Shown in pieces: positions 1 through 11,766 of a stretch of 64,000 bases of DNA. Source of the stretch: Marsupella aquatica (taxonomy: Eukaryota > Plantae > Marchantiophyta); contig OZ316897.1 of the NCBI GenBank assembly GCA_973895155.1, positions 15,561,375-15,625,374 of the forward strand, read 5' to 3'. Within the stretch, counting starts at the first letter, position 1. Each line of letters opens with the position of its first letter. Under the pieces are notes generated by a model. The model worked only from the letters and a program-made list of their open reading frames with translations, was not told where the DNA came from and searched no databases. The position numbers and the translations under genes were made by a program.

Positions 1-893
1 CAAGAAACCCCCCAGCTCAAGCCGATTCCCGCAGGTTTCGTGCTTGGCGAGGCCGTTTCCGCGGCTTAGCGGCATGGGACGCTGCTAACCTTCTACTACT
101 ACTATTAACATTTTACACACATATACTGGACAGATCCTTCATCGGGTCATGAGATACGTAGCCGGCCTAATATAGGCCTTCCCCTGTCTTCCCCTGTCTT
201 CCCCTCCGTCTTGTTAGGTATGTTTGGATTCCGCCGCCGGAATGATCCCCAATAGGCTTGGTTAAGCCGCTAAGACCTCTCTTAGCTCGACACATCCAAC
301 TCTCACTCCCCTGCTTACTTTCCTTCCTTCTGTTGATGTGGGCACTCTTCACACAAGTTAATGCGACACACAAATAGCAAAATGACTCATTCTGACTGAG
401 TCATACCATGCACTTGCCATACAAACAGTACATCTCATACACAAGTTCTGCGAACTAAGCCGTGAGGCCAACTCTATTCAGCTCTTAGGCATGAGGAAAC
501 ATGAATATACACAAGGGTCACTGTATGACTAACCGAGAGCTTCTCGTACTACTTGATCCCAGCCCGGCTGGTGCAAACTAAAAACTTGCTAAAGAAGAGG
601 CCCTGAGCTCCCCGCTGCCCAGGTACTTATCCTGGTAGTGGATCCGCCATTCTTTGCATCGTAAGCCTAATCTACTTAACAGTAATCTACTTGCCCGAAT
701 CTACCTATGTACAGCAAGGCAGGAGCACAAGTGTTGCTCCTACCAGTGGGACCGCAATCCCACTAAGCTAAGTGTCAGGGCCGCTCCTGGTTCTGATCCT
801 AATCCTAAACGTGGAGATCCGCGCCCGCCCTGCCCACTCACGCCTCCTCCCTCCACGTCCGCCCTCCCTAAAAGGAACGGCGCCCTTGCACCG

Positions 894-3800
894 TCACGAC
901 ACCGGTGGTGGATCCTTAATGGACGCCCCCAACGCTTCCTCCTCAGCCACTGCCGTAGGCTCATTCCCTGACAGATTACCTGCCCTTGACTGAGTCAACT
1001 CTCCATCGGCCTGACTGGGTCCACCATCGGCGTCGGCATCGGCTCGAGAATCGGTTACGGCCTCAGCCTCGGCTACGGTCTCCCCGGCCTGCTCAAGAGG
1101 CGGATCTGGAATACTGGCCTCCTTACTGAGTAGTTCGGCTTGGGCCGCACCATCCCTACCTGTGATCATAGCGGGATCTATTGCCGTATTCATGTCGGAG
1201 GATGGTGCTGGTTCTACCTCTTTGGTCACCACGGCTTGTGGAGTCGGATTACTCCTTGACCCTGAAGGTTTCCGCTTTTTCTTCTTTTCTGGTTCGGCAG
1301 CTGGTCCCTTCCCCTTCCCACTTACCTCCGGCACTGGTGCAGTTGGCGCGGCTTTTTCTTCGGCCAGTACCACTCCTGGTAACTTGGTTGCCCCAATTGG
1401 AGTTGGGCCTGATGAAGACAAGCACCTAAATACTGCGGCTTGTTTCTTCAGCCGCTCCGTTTGGTTGTCGGCCCGCCGCTGGAGGTTCTCCATCTTTCTC
1501 GTGATTTCCTCCAACTCCTCCTGGGTCTCATCCAGGTCCTTGTGTGCCTCCTCTAGTTCCTTCTGGGCTTCCTCCCGTTCTTGTTTCAAGGTAGTCCTCT
1601 CCTCCTGGGTTGCTTTTAGCTCCTTGTCGAGCTCTACAATGATGACAGACTCCATCTGGTTCATCTTGGCGTAAGTCTGTTCGAGCATCTCGTCCTTCTC
1701 CCTTAGGTCGGCCTTGAAGCTGGCCGTCAGGGACGCAAGCTCCTGCTGCAGCGCCATAATCCCTTGATAGGATTTCCCTAACTCGGCCTCCTTCTGCTCA
1801 AGGGCTCCGCGGATTTTCTCGAGCTTCCCTTTCAACGCCCATTCCTTTCTTTGGGTCTCCGCCATGGCCCGGCTGTTGGCTGTTATGTGGGCCTCCTCTG
1901 TATTCTTCAGCTCTTGCTTCCACTTCTCCCTCTCTTTGATCGTGTCGACCAACTCTTCCTGCGTCTGAGTCAGTTTATCCTTGATATTCTGATTATCAGC
2001 CTGCGCGGTGTCCAACTGCCCCTGCATGATGTTCAGCTCATGTCGTTTAATCCGCAGTTCATCCTGGGCTTTCTTGGCCGCCCTTAGATCTTCAATCTCG
2101 GCTTCCATCCTCCTAAGCCGCCGAATGACCTCGTCCTTCTTGCTTCTCTCTAAAGCCACCGCTTCTTCTAATTGGTACTTCTCCAACTGCTCCCTATGGA
2201 AAAAGGGTCCTACCTCCAACTCCTCTCCAAAGATGCCGAGCGCAAGTTCCCCACACATCTCACCATACTCCATGGCTCTATTCTTAGCGTAGGTGGAGTA
2301 AGTAGAAGTGATCGGCATCGCCCATCGCGGCCTCTACTCCCAAGCCGTCCTGCGGATCTCTTCAATCGTGGCTAGAGGTTTGCTTCCTTTTTTGGCTAGC
2401 CGCCTGATGTCCTCCGGCCAATCTCCTCCTGGTAAATCCTTTTCCTTAGCCAGGGCGGCCTCCTCCTCCTGCTTGATTCGCTCCTGAAATTCCTGCACCG
2501 TCTGTTTTATGCCATCGAAGCTCGGGGGAGCAACATCTGGTGGGGGAGACTCAGGGCTACTCTGCTGGTTGGGGTCCCCTCGCACTACCCTTGGAAGTGT
2601 GGGGACAAACCGGCCACAGGTCCTTACTCCTGGAACGTGATGGTCCGACCCATAGCCGGAATTATCATGGCTGCAATCCTCCACTGCCTCCTCTAGTTCT
2701 TGGACGTCCGGCTTCTCCCTCTCCTCTTCGTCGGTAGGAGCTTGAGGCAATTCTGCCTCAGATTCGGAGCTTGAGGTTCCCACGTACATTCGAACACCTG
2801 GCTTGGATTCCGGCCTGATTCTCTCCTTGTCTCCAGCAAAGGGGTTTTCTCTTGTGAGCCGGTGTAGGCCTACCTCTGTAGTAGTGTCCTGCATTGTTGC
2901 CGTTGCCGTTGTTGTTGCCGATGCCGATTTCTTTTCTTTCTCCAGTAGTTTCAGCAGACTCTGCATGCCTGGTTGCTGCATCGGCAAGTCCTCCTTCCTG
3001 GGCCTAAACACCTGCTTGATCGTAGGACTAACAGGTGGTTGAGGCTTCTCAGCCAACGGCCTCGGCGTTGGAGCTTCCTCGGGTGCCCTTACCTGCAGGG
3101 GAAGTACCGGGGCAAAAGTCTGACCTCTGGCATACCGGCACAACAGCGGCATGTGATAGCCCAGCCGCGACACGCTCCCCATGCCGATTACCTGCTGCTC
3201 CTCCTTTAAGATCTTCTTCAATTGGTTGAGGAGGTACCCGTTGTAGTCCCGGCTTGGGTCTGGCCTTTCTGCCAGATAGACCTGTGCCTTGCCGATCTCT
3301 GCCCTCGGCAAGTTACAATGCATGGTCACCCGCAAGAAGTCGATCATCTCTCCTATGTGCGGGTTGGTGCAGGTGTTCCGGAAGAAGCCATTCTTCGTTG
3401 ATGGCCCGGGGAACGACCGGAACTCCTTGTCAGGCAAGGTCTTCCTGGTATCAACTTTGGTCTTATTGCCTATCGGCAGGCCAAACACTTCGGCAATTAC
3501 CTTGGGAGTAAAATAGAAATCCTTCCCATATATCCTCGTGCAATTGGTCTCGGGTTCCCATGACCCCACGAATTCTAATAGGTCTGACTCCGGTACCTCC
3601 GGCTTCAGCCATGGTAATCTTACAAAGGCCTCCAAGCCGGATCCGGCCATGAAGCCTTGGTACTTCTTGGTCTGTATGGCCGTAAAGCATGCATCCTCCT
3701 CCCGTGCAAAATGTAGTTGCACCTCCACCGGTAGGGTTGCCGCCCAGCCCTTCCAGGTGTCATCCCTGGTTGGAATGGCCTTGATGGGATCGACCTCCTC

Positions 3801-4526
3801 CTCTTCGGCTTCTCCCTGCCTCCTGTTCTGCTGCTCGGCTGGCTTCTTTGGTGCCGCTGACCTCGTTTTTTTTGCCGGGGTGGCTTCATCGTTGACGGCT
3901 CCCTTCCTCTTCATCTCTGCTGCCGTGGAGGTTTCTCCTAGCACCGTTGCCTGGGTCCACCTTTCCGTGCTACCCTTTAATTCCCAGTGTATGTCGTTGC
4001 AGTTCTTGATGGCCTCTCGGATGCCGACGACGCTGTCTTTGCAAAACAGAAGATCGTCGAGTTGATTGGAAGTAGGCGTCCACAGGAACTCGTCCTTGAT
4101 GAGTTCGCCTCCTAAGAAAGCCGTCTTCTACAGCTCCCACAATCGAGCGAGCTCCTGCCATTCTCGAGCTGCCCTTTCTGACTCCTCGTCCTCGTAAGTC
4201 TTGATGTACTCAGTTGCCCGTTCGAACAGGCATCCCCAGAAATGTGCCGCTTGATTGACGTTGCTCATACCCTCCTTAGGTCGATTGTCGGTATCTACTC
4301 TCTCCCCGAGTGCTTGCCTAAGCAGCTGACAGTAGTTGGCCTCCCGTAGTCGTCTGCCTAGTTTGTGCTCGCAAATGAGCCACCATCTCCTGCAAGCGCT
4401 CCTTACCCCTCTCCTCCGCCGGTCCTTCTTCCCGTTGATCCTTCCTAGCCGCCGACGCTTAACGCGCCCTAACCCTAATCGGGTTTTCACCCTCAGCCTT
4501 ACCTCCGGCCTCGGCCCGGGTTCCAT
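894..4526 (-). mobile_element. Large accessory ORF (~1,210 codons, two in-frame TAG stops) of an LTR-retrotransposon-like element. It has a plant-transposon-protein-like central domain and a long C-terminal coiled coil.
   Basis: ORFs 4128-4526, 2334-3944 and 894-2318 are all in one frame, separated only by TAG at 4128-4130 and 2334-2336. The region is intronless and GC-rich. The segment 'PEVPESDLLEFVGSWEPETNCTRIYGKDFYFTPKVIAEVFGLP' resembles extra ORFs of non-chromovirus (Athila/Tat-type) gypsy elements, and an E/K/Q-rich heptad region follows. The family assignment is inferred from resemblance. Confidence 0.65.
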
Positions 4527-4852
4527 GGTTGCCCCTAATTGTTTATATTTTCCTTGTTTTGTCCCTATACTAAGGTGTTCCTAGGGTGCTTTCCTGCTTT
4601 ACCCACTTAACCGGCCGAGTGATTCCTGTCTAGGCATCACAACGTGTGACGGTTTGGGTCATTTATGACCCCCCTAAGTCACTTTCTAGAAAGTTGTATG
4701 ACACCAATCATGTGATGACACGTATGCATTTTGCAATTAAATAACCCTATATTTCCATAGAAGACTTAATAAGTCTTCCGCCAAAACCATTTAAATGGCC
4801 CTATACTTCGTCGCACATGATATGCCACTTCCATGGAAGTGACCCCCCCCCC

Positions 4853-6440
4853 AAAGATTTCAGTACCATTGCACACCCATTGTATGCTTTGTTGAAAAAG
4901 AATGTGACTTGGACATGGAGTACAGATGCTGAGGCAGCATTTGCCACTTTGAAGGAGAAGTTGTCAGAATACCCGGTGCTGAGAAGACCTGATTTCAGCA
5001 AGGTCTTTGTGCTACACACAGATTGGAGTGCCCTTGGGATTGGTGCCATTCAGGGCCAGCATGATGAGGAAGGTAAAGAGTACATCATTGCCTATGCATG
5101 CAGGAGCAACAATCAGGTAGAGAGTCATTATTCTTCTTATGAGGGTGAATGCCTTGCTGTTGTGTGGGCTGTCATACATTACAGGCCCTATCTTTATGGG
5201 ACCAGGTTTTTTCTCTACACCGACCACCAGCCCTTGAAGTGGTTGATGACCAATGACAAGCATAGAACTTGTGGCATTGTCGGATAAGACCTCATGTAGC
5301 ACTAGCCAGGCATTCCTGCAACAAGTTCTCAGCCGCTTTGGAGCTAGTGCAGAATGTCTCACTGACCAGGGCTCAGAGTTTAGAGGAGAGTTCCAAGAGT
5401 TGCTTGATCAGGCCCTTATTGATCATCGCCGGACATCACGAGATCACCCACAGGCAGATGGCTTGGCAGAGCGCATGGTTTAGACATGCAAGAAGGGCCT
5501 CCGGAAGATCTGCCTCAACAAAAACAAGGAGGATTGGGACCTGGCCTTACCCTACATTGCCATGGGGTATAGGATGTCCAGACATGCATCAATGTCTAAC
5601 TTTTCTCCCTACTTCTTGTTGTTTGGTCGTCACCCTCCCTGGGCCCTCAGTCTTAACTAATACGTGGAGGACGTGCAAACGCTTGAAGGGTAATTTTTAT
5701 TCATTTTGAACTAATAATTATAATTATTACCGGTAATAAGGGAACTTTTAATAGTAAAATGGAAATAACAAGGGGTAAACAGGAAAAAGGCCCGATCGCA
5801 GGGGGTCCACTTCTTTTACACGGAGTGAGGGCCCAGGGGTCACCCTGTTCCACCTTCTGCTATTGCTGCTCACATGCTTCAAGTGGTGGACTTGGATACA
5901 GCTGTGACTTGGTCTGATGTGATCTCTGAGAGGGCTGCCCTATTCAGGAGGATTATGCCCATGGCCATGGAGAATTTGGCCATTGCACAGCACAGGGACA
6001 CACTACGTTATGCACACACACGAGGGGGCACTTTTCATCCCAAGGTCAGGAAGTTTGATGTGGGAGATTTTGTGTACTTGCAGCGGCAAGCTAACGACAC
6101 CCTGGACACCTCTACCAGTCGTACTATTCTCAAGGTTAAAGCTATTCGACCGTCTGGAGTGCTAGTTACAAGGGGCAGATGGGTGCACAATTGCTGACAA
6201 TGCCAAGAATTGCGCCCCTTGGACCATCTGCCTAACCTGGATCCCACCAGTGTGACTTCTACCTAGATTCCACCTGTGGACTACCCTTGCAAAGTGTGTT
6301 TGCGAATTGATGATGCTGACCAGATGCTGCTATGTGATAATTGCAATGGAGGGTACCATCTTTTCTGCCTTCGGCCTAAACTTACCCAGGTGCCAGAAGG
6401 GTTATGGTTTTGCCCTTCCTGTGCTCCACGTGCTACCTGA
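4853..6440 (+). mobile_element. Decayed Ty3/gypsy pol fragment: RT connection and RNase H, internal deletion, integrase core, C-terminal PHD finger
   Basis: RNase H motifs 'LHTDWSALGIGA', 'IAYACRS', 'YSSYEGECLAVVWAV' and 'YTDHQPL'. At ~5260 it jumps to integrase 'LTDQGSEF...HPQADGLAERMV*', 'SPYFLLFGRHP' and 'FDVGDFVYL'. The order RT-RH-INT indicates gypsy. There is a stop at 5481-5483 and a frameshift near 6165. Confidence 0.92.
5637..5838. mobile_element. 202-bp MITE with 13-bp TIRs and 8-bp TSD, inserted in the integrase
   Basis: TSD GTCACCCT at 5629-5636 and 5839-5846. TIRs CCCTGGGCCCTCA (5637-5649) and TGAGGGCCCAGGG (5826-5838). Removing it rejoins the integrase frame (FGRHP/VPPSAIAAH). 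Confidence 0.9.
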
Positions 6441-6478
6441 CTTTTCTTCAGCCCTCCTTTTGGCTGTGGTCTGGGGGG

Positions 6479-7191
6479 ATACAGAGGTTTACACCTCCAC
6501 TACGTACATACCACCTCAGTTGCTTTTTCTTGGCACTTGTGAATGTGATTGGACTTTTTCTAAGGATGTTGGTTGCTAGCAGCTTGCACATATGCATTGC
6601 TGATGACTTGTATGTTTTCGATACACTATGGCTACGATACTGTATGTCACAACAACTGTCATGCCAAGAGACAATGCCTCTTGTGCACATCGGCATGTCC
6701 CTCGCATGCCCGCTAGGTATGTAGTTAGAGCTATTGTACTACTTGAGTTAGTGTCATGTTCTTGTAGCGAGTCTGGGCCGTTCTTGAAGCAAAGGTGTTT
6801 GTTAGTGTGATGCCTGGACCTGGTCCTACTTAGGGCATGTTTTTCTTTGTCGTTTTTCAGTTCTTCTTGAATCGCTGTTGACAGAGCTCAAACAATGCTC
6901 GTCGGTTTTGTACACAGGATTCACACAGTGATTCGTTAGATGCTCCCGACCGATCTTGGCATCCCACCGGTTTTTGATTCGATTTCCGTACGCTTGTTTC
7001 TCTTACGCCTTTTATATACAGAGGTTTACACCTCCACTACGTACATACCACATCAATTGCTTTTCCTTGGCACTTGTGAATGTGATTGGACTTTTTCTAT
7101 GCATGTTGGTTGCTAGCAGCTTGCACATATGCATTGCCGGTGACTTGTATGTTTTCGATACGCTATGGCTACGATACTAGATGTCACGACA
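6479..7191 (+). repeat. Probable 3' LTR (~537 bp) of the PHD-gypsy element followed by a partial tandem copy
   Basis: A purine tract GGGGGGA at ~6473-6479 follows the pol stop. A 176-bp direct repeat lies at 6479-6654 and 7016-7191. Confidence 0.55.
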
Positions 7192-7439
7192 TCGTACATT
7201 AAATACATTAATAAGATATTCAGACAGACTCACTGATGAACACTTCTGTGCAATCTCAAAGAACAATCTGTCCATCTCAAAGAACATCTCAGTACACTTG
7301 ATTTTCTGGCTGGGTAACCCACAAGCCGTACTAGGCGAACTGACAAGCTGAGGTGATTGTCAAATTATTTCACAAATAAACAAAATCATTACACACTGCC
7401 AACTTTGAGCAAAAGTGTGACAGCCAAATGAAAGTGCCA

Positions 7440-8817
7440 TTGGATTTCATGAACTATAACTACTCTATTTTAGCAGTCAATTCATGAACATCTGTGGACA
7501 TCCGGTCCAGATCACCATTTTGTCTTTCAATTTCATATCCCATCTCCAAGGTCATGCACTTAAGCTCACCCACAATATTACTCAGATCTGTAAATGCTTC
7601 ATCTTGCACACTCTTTGCCATCTCTATTTGCCATCTCTATTTGCGCTTGTGCACTGGTCATATGCGTTCCTGAGATGTGCGGTAGAGGCCTCGCAGGAGT
7701 ATTTCCGGTCAAACAGACAGCACCCCTCTCTCCAAGCTTGTTCTTCTGTTTGTACCGATCCAGATCCACTTGTGGCCCAGTAATTTTGTGAGCCTTCTTG
7801 GGTTTCTAGGTCATGCTGAAGATACCCCCCAGCCTTCCCAGCAGCTGTTCGCTTCGCCCAAGCTCTTCGTCAACCCGAACAGCGGTTTCGTGAGTCTGGC
7901 GAATTTGTTCCTTTTGATCGTGCAACGTTTTCAAAGTGGTCGTGGCCACTGCCTTTGTGACTTCCGCAATCCATGTGGCAGTCTTGAGAATTCTCGTGGT
8001 CTCTTGCGATGTTTTCACTGCATATTGCTCATTCAAGCTCCTCCACATTATGTCTGGGTAGTGAAATTTCTCCGGCCCTGCTGGGAAAAATATTTGTGCT
8101 GAGTACTACTAGGATGGGTGGCTCGGGATAGATCACCAGATAACTCCCTCGATTGCTGATATATACTTCGACTTTCCAATCCTCTTGGATTCCATCTTGG
8201 GATGAGCACCGTGACCCTTAGCAGCAGCTGAAGACGACAAGGTCGCCAGCTCTTGTCGGCAGCTTCACGCTGCTTACCGACATGGACAATCGTTTTTTGA
8301 TTCTAGATCGGAGGCCATCCACAATCTTTCTGCGTAAAGACCTAGTGGCAGACTTGCACTCCTTAACAGCTCTGGCGGTTGATGGCTCACTAATCAAGAC
8401 AGACCCTTCGTCCAAAATACTATCATCACGAGGTCTTGGTTTGGAAGTGACGTCATAGTCATCATTGAAAAGGTTCGAAGTATCATAACTACTAGTGCTC
8501 TGGTTGGAGTGGCTAGACTTGACGTTGTCGACTTTTGGTACATGTTTCGACAGCGTGGGTGAAGACTCTTCATCATTGAATGGATTCCATGATTTCGCAA
8601 CGAGGTGATTGTCCACAGCGACAATCTTGGCTTTCGTAACACTGAGGCTTCGTGTCATCGTCGAACGGATTGTTGTGCCTTGTGGAAGGCGGTGCAGAGG
8701 AAGACGAAGACGACGAATTGGACTCATGCGACTGCGAACCGGTGAAGGACATAGTCGGCTCGTCCTCGTCCGAATCAAACGGATTGAGTATGTGCTGGAG
8801 CTTCGGTACTCCGCCAT
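7440..8817 (-). pseudogene. SNAP25-family (SNAP29/30/33-type) Qb+Qc SNARE pseudogene
   Basis: N-terminal NPF motifs (NPFDSDEDE, NPFDDD, NPFNDE). Qb helix 'NVEELE/QYAVKTSQETTR...TLKTLHDQKEQIRQTHETAVRVDEELGRSEQLLGRLGGIFSMT*KPKK', where the conserved Trp has become TAG at 7806-7808. Qc helix 'QDEAFTDLSNIVGELKCMTLEMGYEIERQNGDLDRMSTDVHEL'. Several frameshifts are present. Confidence 0.85.
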
Positions 8818-11692
8818 GGCACCTAGACAAGATACCAGCTATCTTTCCTTCCTGTAAAATAAGGCTTCCAACAGTATCCTTTTCTTTCCTACTGAGACAG
8901 TGATCCCGTCACCTGTTCAATTTCTAGTGCGCACGTAAATGGAGAGATATTATAGTTTCGCCCGTGAAGGCAAATCCCGACGGAAGCACTTATAATTAAT
9001 TACCCTCTATTAAATATCTCGATTGGATAAATTAGCAGGCAGATTCAGAAGTCAGCGGGATGAGTGCAGAGAAATTCTAGCGCGACTTTTCCTTTCCGTG
9101 GGGATGAGTCCCAGAGAAACTTAGATCTATCGGGATGAGTTTTATAGAAACACAAAAAACAAAAAAACATATGATGAACTTTCAAGTTGTGCGTTCAATG
9201 CCCGGTTCAATGCGTTTTATATAGGTGGTGTTGCACCGGAGCGCGTGAGATAGCTCAAGACCACACATGACTATGAACTCGCAAATGGCTGATGACTAAT
9301 GAATAAACCGCAAGAATACTGCTCATGCTCTGAAGGAGTTCGCATGCTGATGAAAACGATTGTACCACGGACAACAGATATAACATCATATCGATCTCTT
9401 TCTCGTGGGAGCATTTTCGGTATTTTCCTGGTTTATTTTGGCGAAGGGTGTTGTACTCCGAGCGAGGTCTGTTTCACTATAGCCGACACTCATGCTCTTT
9501 AATTCAGTAGTGAAGGCGTGAGGTAGCACGATTGAACTGGAGGACAAGGGTAGAGGGATTCGATAGATTCAAATGAATTGAGAATGGGAAACACTGCGTT
9601 ACCTCGACGATATATTTACTCCGGTCCCTTTCTGACGCCCAACGAGATCAACGACAATCACCCATGCACGGGAAAGCCAATAATTAACAGCCAAATAGGG
9701 TCTTCCCCATTTGTCAGACCTACCTTCTTGAAACCAGGATTCCTTTGGCAAAAGATAAGACTTTACTAGCAGAAATTGGCACCGGCTGCAGTAGCGAATC
9801 AACAGAAGCAACAAAACTCAATCGTGATGTTCCTCTCAAAATAAAGTGCCTGCTGGCCTCGGTTATTGTAATGATAAATGCAAATAGGAAAATCTACTGT
9901 GCGTTTGCGCATTTTAAGCACACCTTGCAAATCTTTTGGGGTACGTACTGGTGATAAGCGATTAAAAGATGCCATCGAAAGGGGCACAACTGCCTTGTTC
10001 AAGGAATTCAGAGCTAATTTTTTATCAAGGACCTAGGAATAAATACTCTGCCACATGGAGTTTACTCTGCAGCTAGCTATTATGAGTACGCAATTGACTT
10101 GACTACAGAGAGCCTTAAAAAAGTTGAATTGATATTGCTTCCCAACTGCACTAAGTGATCCTGACCATAGTTTTAGTAGTGGACTTTACTTACTCTGACT
10201 GGGACGCCAAAAACACCAATACAAGTGACCGAGGTTACAGGTTAGATCTGGAAGGGTCAATTTACCCCTGGTCTGGGGAATCTGAAAATTGCTTCCCAGC
10301 TAGCTAGAACATAGCTACTCGACAGAGTAACACCGGTGTGACCCTTATTCTTTCTCTAATGAGACAACATCTATATTCGCCTGCCATTAAAACGTTTCCC
10401 CATCTCTATAATTTGTTTTGAAAAGCACCACGTCTTACAATAAATGGTTCCTCATTTAGTTCTAAAATACCGCTAAGGTAGTCCTTGATTTCGCTGGTGC
10501 GGCATTTTCTCTCGCAGGAGTGTTTTGTCAGTGCTGTGTAGATGGACCTTTCAGTATCTGTAAACCAACATTAAAAGGATCCATTCGTTCGTTTAACAGT
10601 CTATTGTTTCTTTCCTGCGAAATCTTTTGTAGACAAAATTTGGCACACGCACTGGGCTCTGGGGATGAGGACTTGAGTGAGATCAAGTTGTCAAGGTCTG
10701 AATCTCTCTTCTTTGGAAATTACCTAACACACTTCACTGGAGGCATTCCCATTGGCCAATTGGCTGAGGGCGTCTACAGGTCGATTCCAATTCAAAGCCT
10801 GGTAATCGTGACCCATTTTCATTTGAACTTGCGCCCTAAGCCACCATTACTTTAGCATCTATCGGGATTATGTGATTCTTGTCTTGGTCGAACAGCATTC
10901 AATATGCACTTCCGACTGACTCAATATTAATTAGTATCATTTGTTCAACTATGCCAAGCCATTAGTAGCATCGAGATGTAGCTTCATAGCTCAGACACGA
11001 ACCAACCATGCATGCAAGGAACTCAGTCTTGCACCTTGTATAGTACGTCACAAGTCCACAGCAGGTTCAACAGAGCTGTCCTCGCAAGAATTTGACCGCT
11101 GCGATTTCTGTCTCATTACTATTATTTTTTTTTCGAGCCCCTTAATTAGCTCAGCTACTGTAGCCATTGTAAAAGGATCAAGTATATCTCATAAGAGGCT
11201 TGCCTTACACTAGACAAAATATGCTTCTCAGTCTATACTTGGCTGCATGTGCACAAAGACACGTTCACATAAATGCTGAACGAAGTTTTGAGCTCGCCTT
11301 CCAAAACGACTGCAGCCCTCTAGATCCCATCCCAACTCAAGCTATTAATAGGATTTCTCTGGCCTACGATGTTTGTTACAAGAGACAACCATATCGCAAA
11401 CTCGGAGAAATGTACTTGCTAACTCGTTCGAGTACTATTTTCTCTGGTCCCAAGAGGCAAGGTAACTCAGAGAAATATGGAAGCATTTAAATTCTGAACG
11501 CTTAGGACGCTTAGTTGTGGGCCTGTCAGGAATATATGGATGTTATTATCTAACTGTCAGCGTCCCTTGAAGGGGATGTACATTAGCAATGAGTTCGCAC
11601 AGAAAAGTCCCTGATCCAGGACAATGGCTGCGATTCAGGGTGTCCCAGGATGCTCTGAAAAATGCACAAATGTTTTGCTAATATCCGGGAGG

Positions 11693-11766
11693 GACCATAT
11701 CTTTTAGTGAGCCCCCGATTCTTATTCAAGACCATATCTTTTAGTGACCCCCGATTCTTATTCAAT
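11693..11766. repeat. ~37-bp tandem duplication
   Basis: GACCATATCTTTTAGTGA(G)CCCCCGATTCTTATTCAA occurs twice in tandem. Confidence 0.85.

Noticed and set aside
1162-4584. Plus-strand ORFs overlapping the large minus-strand TE ORF
   Set aside because: They are antisense shadows of a GC-rich coding frame and have no independent motifs.
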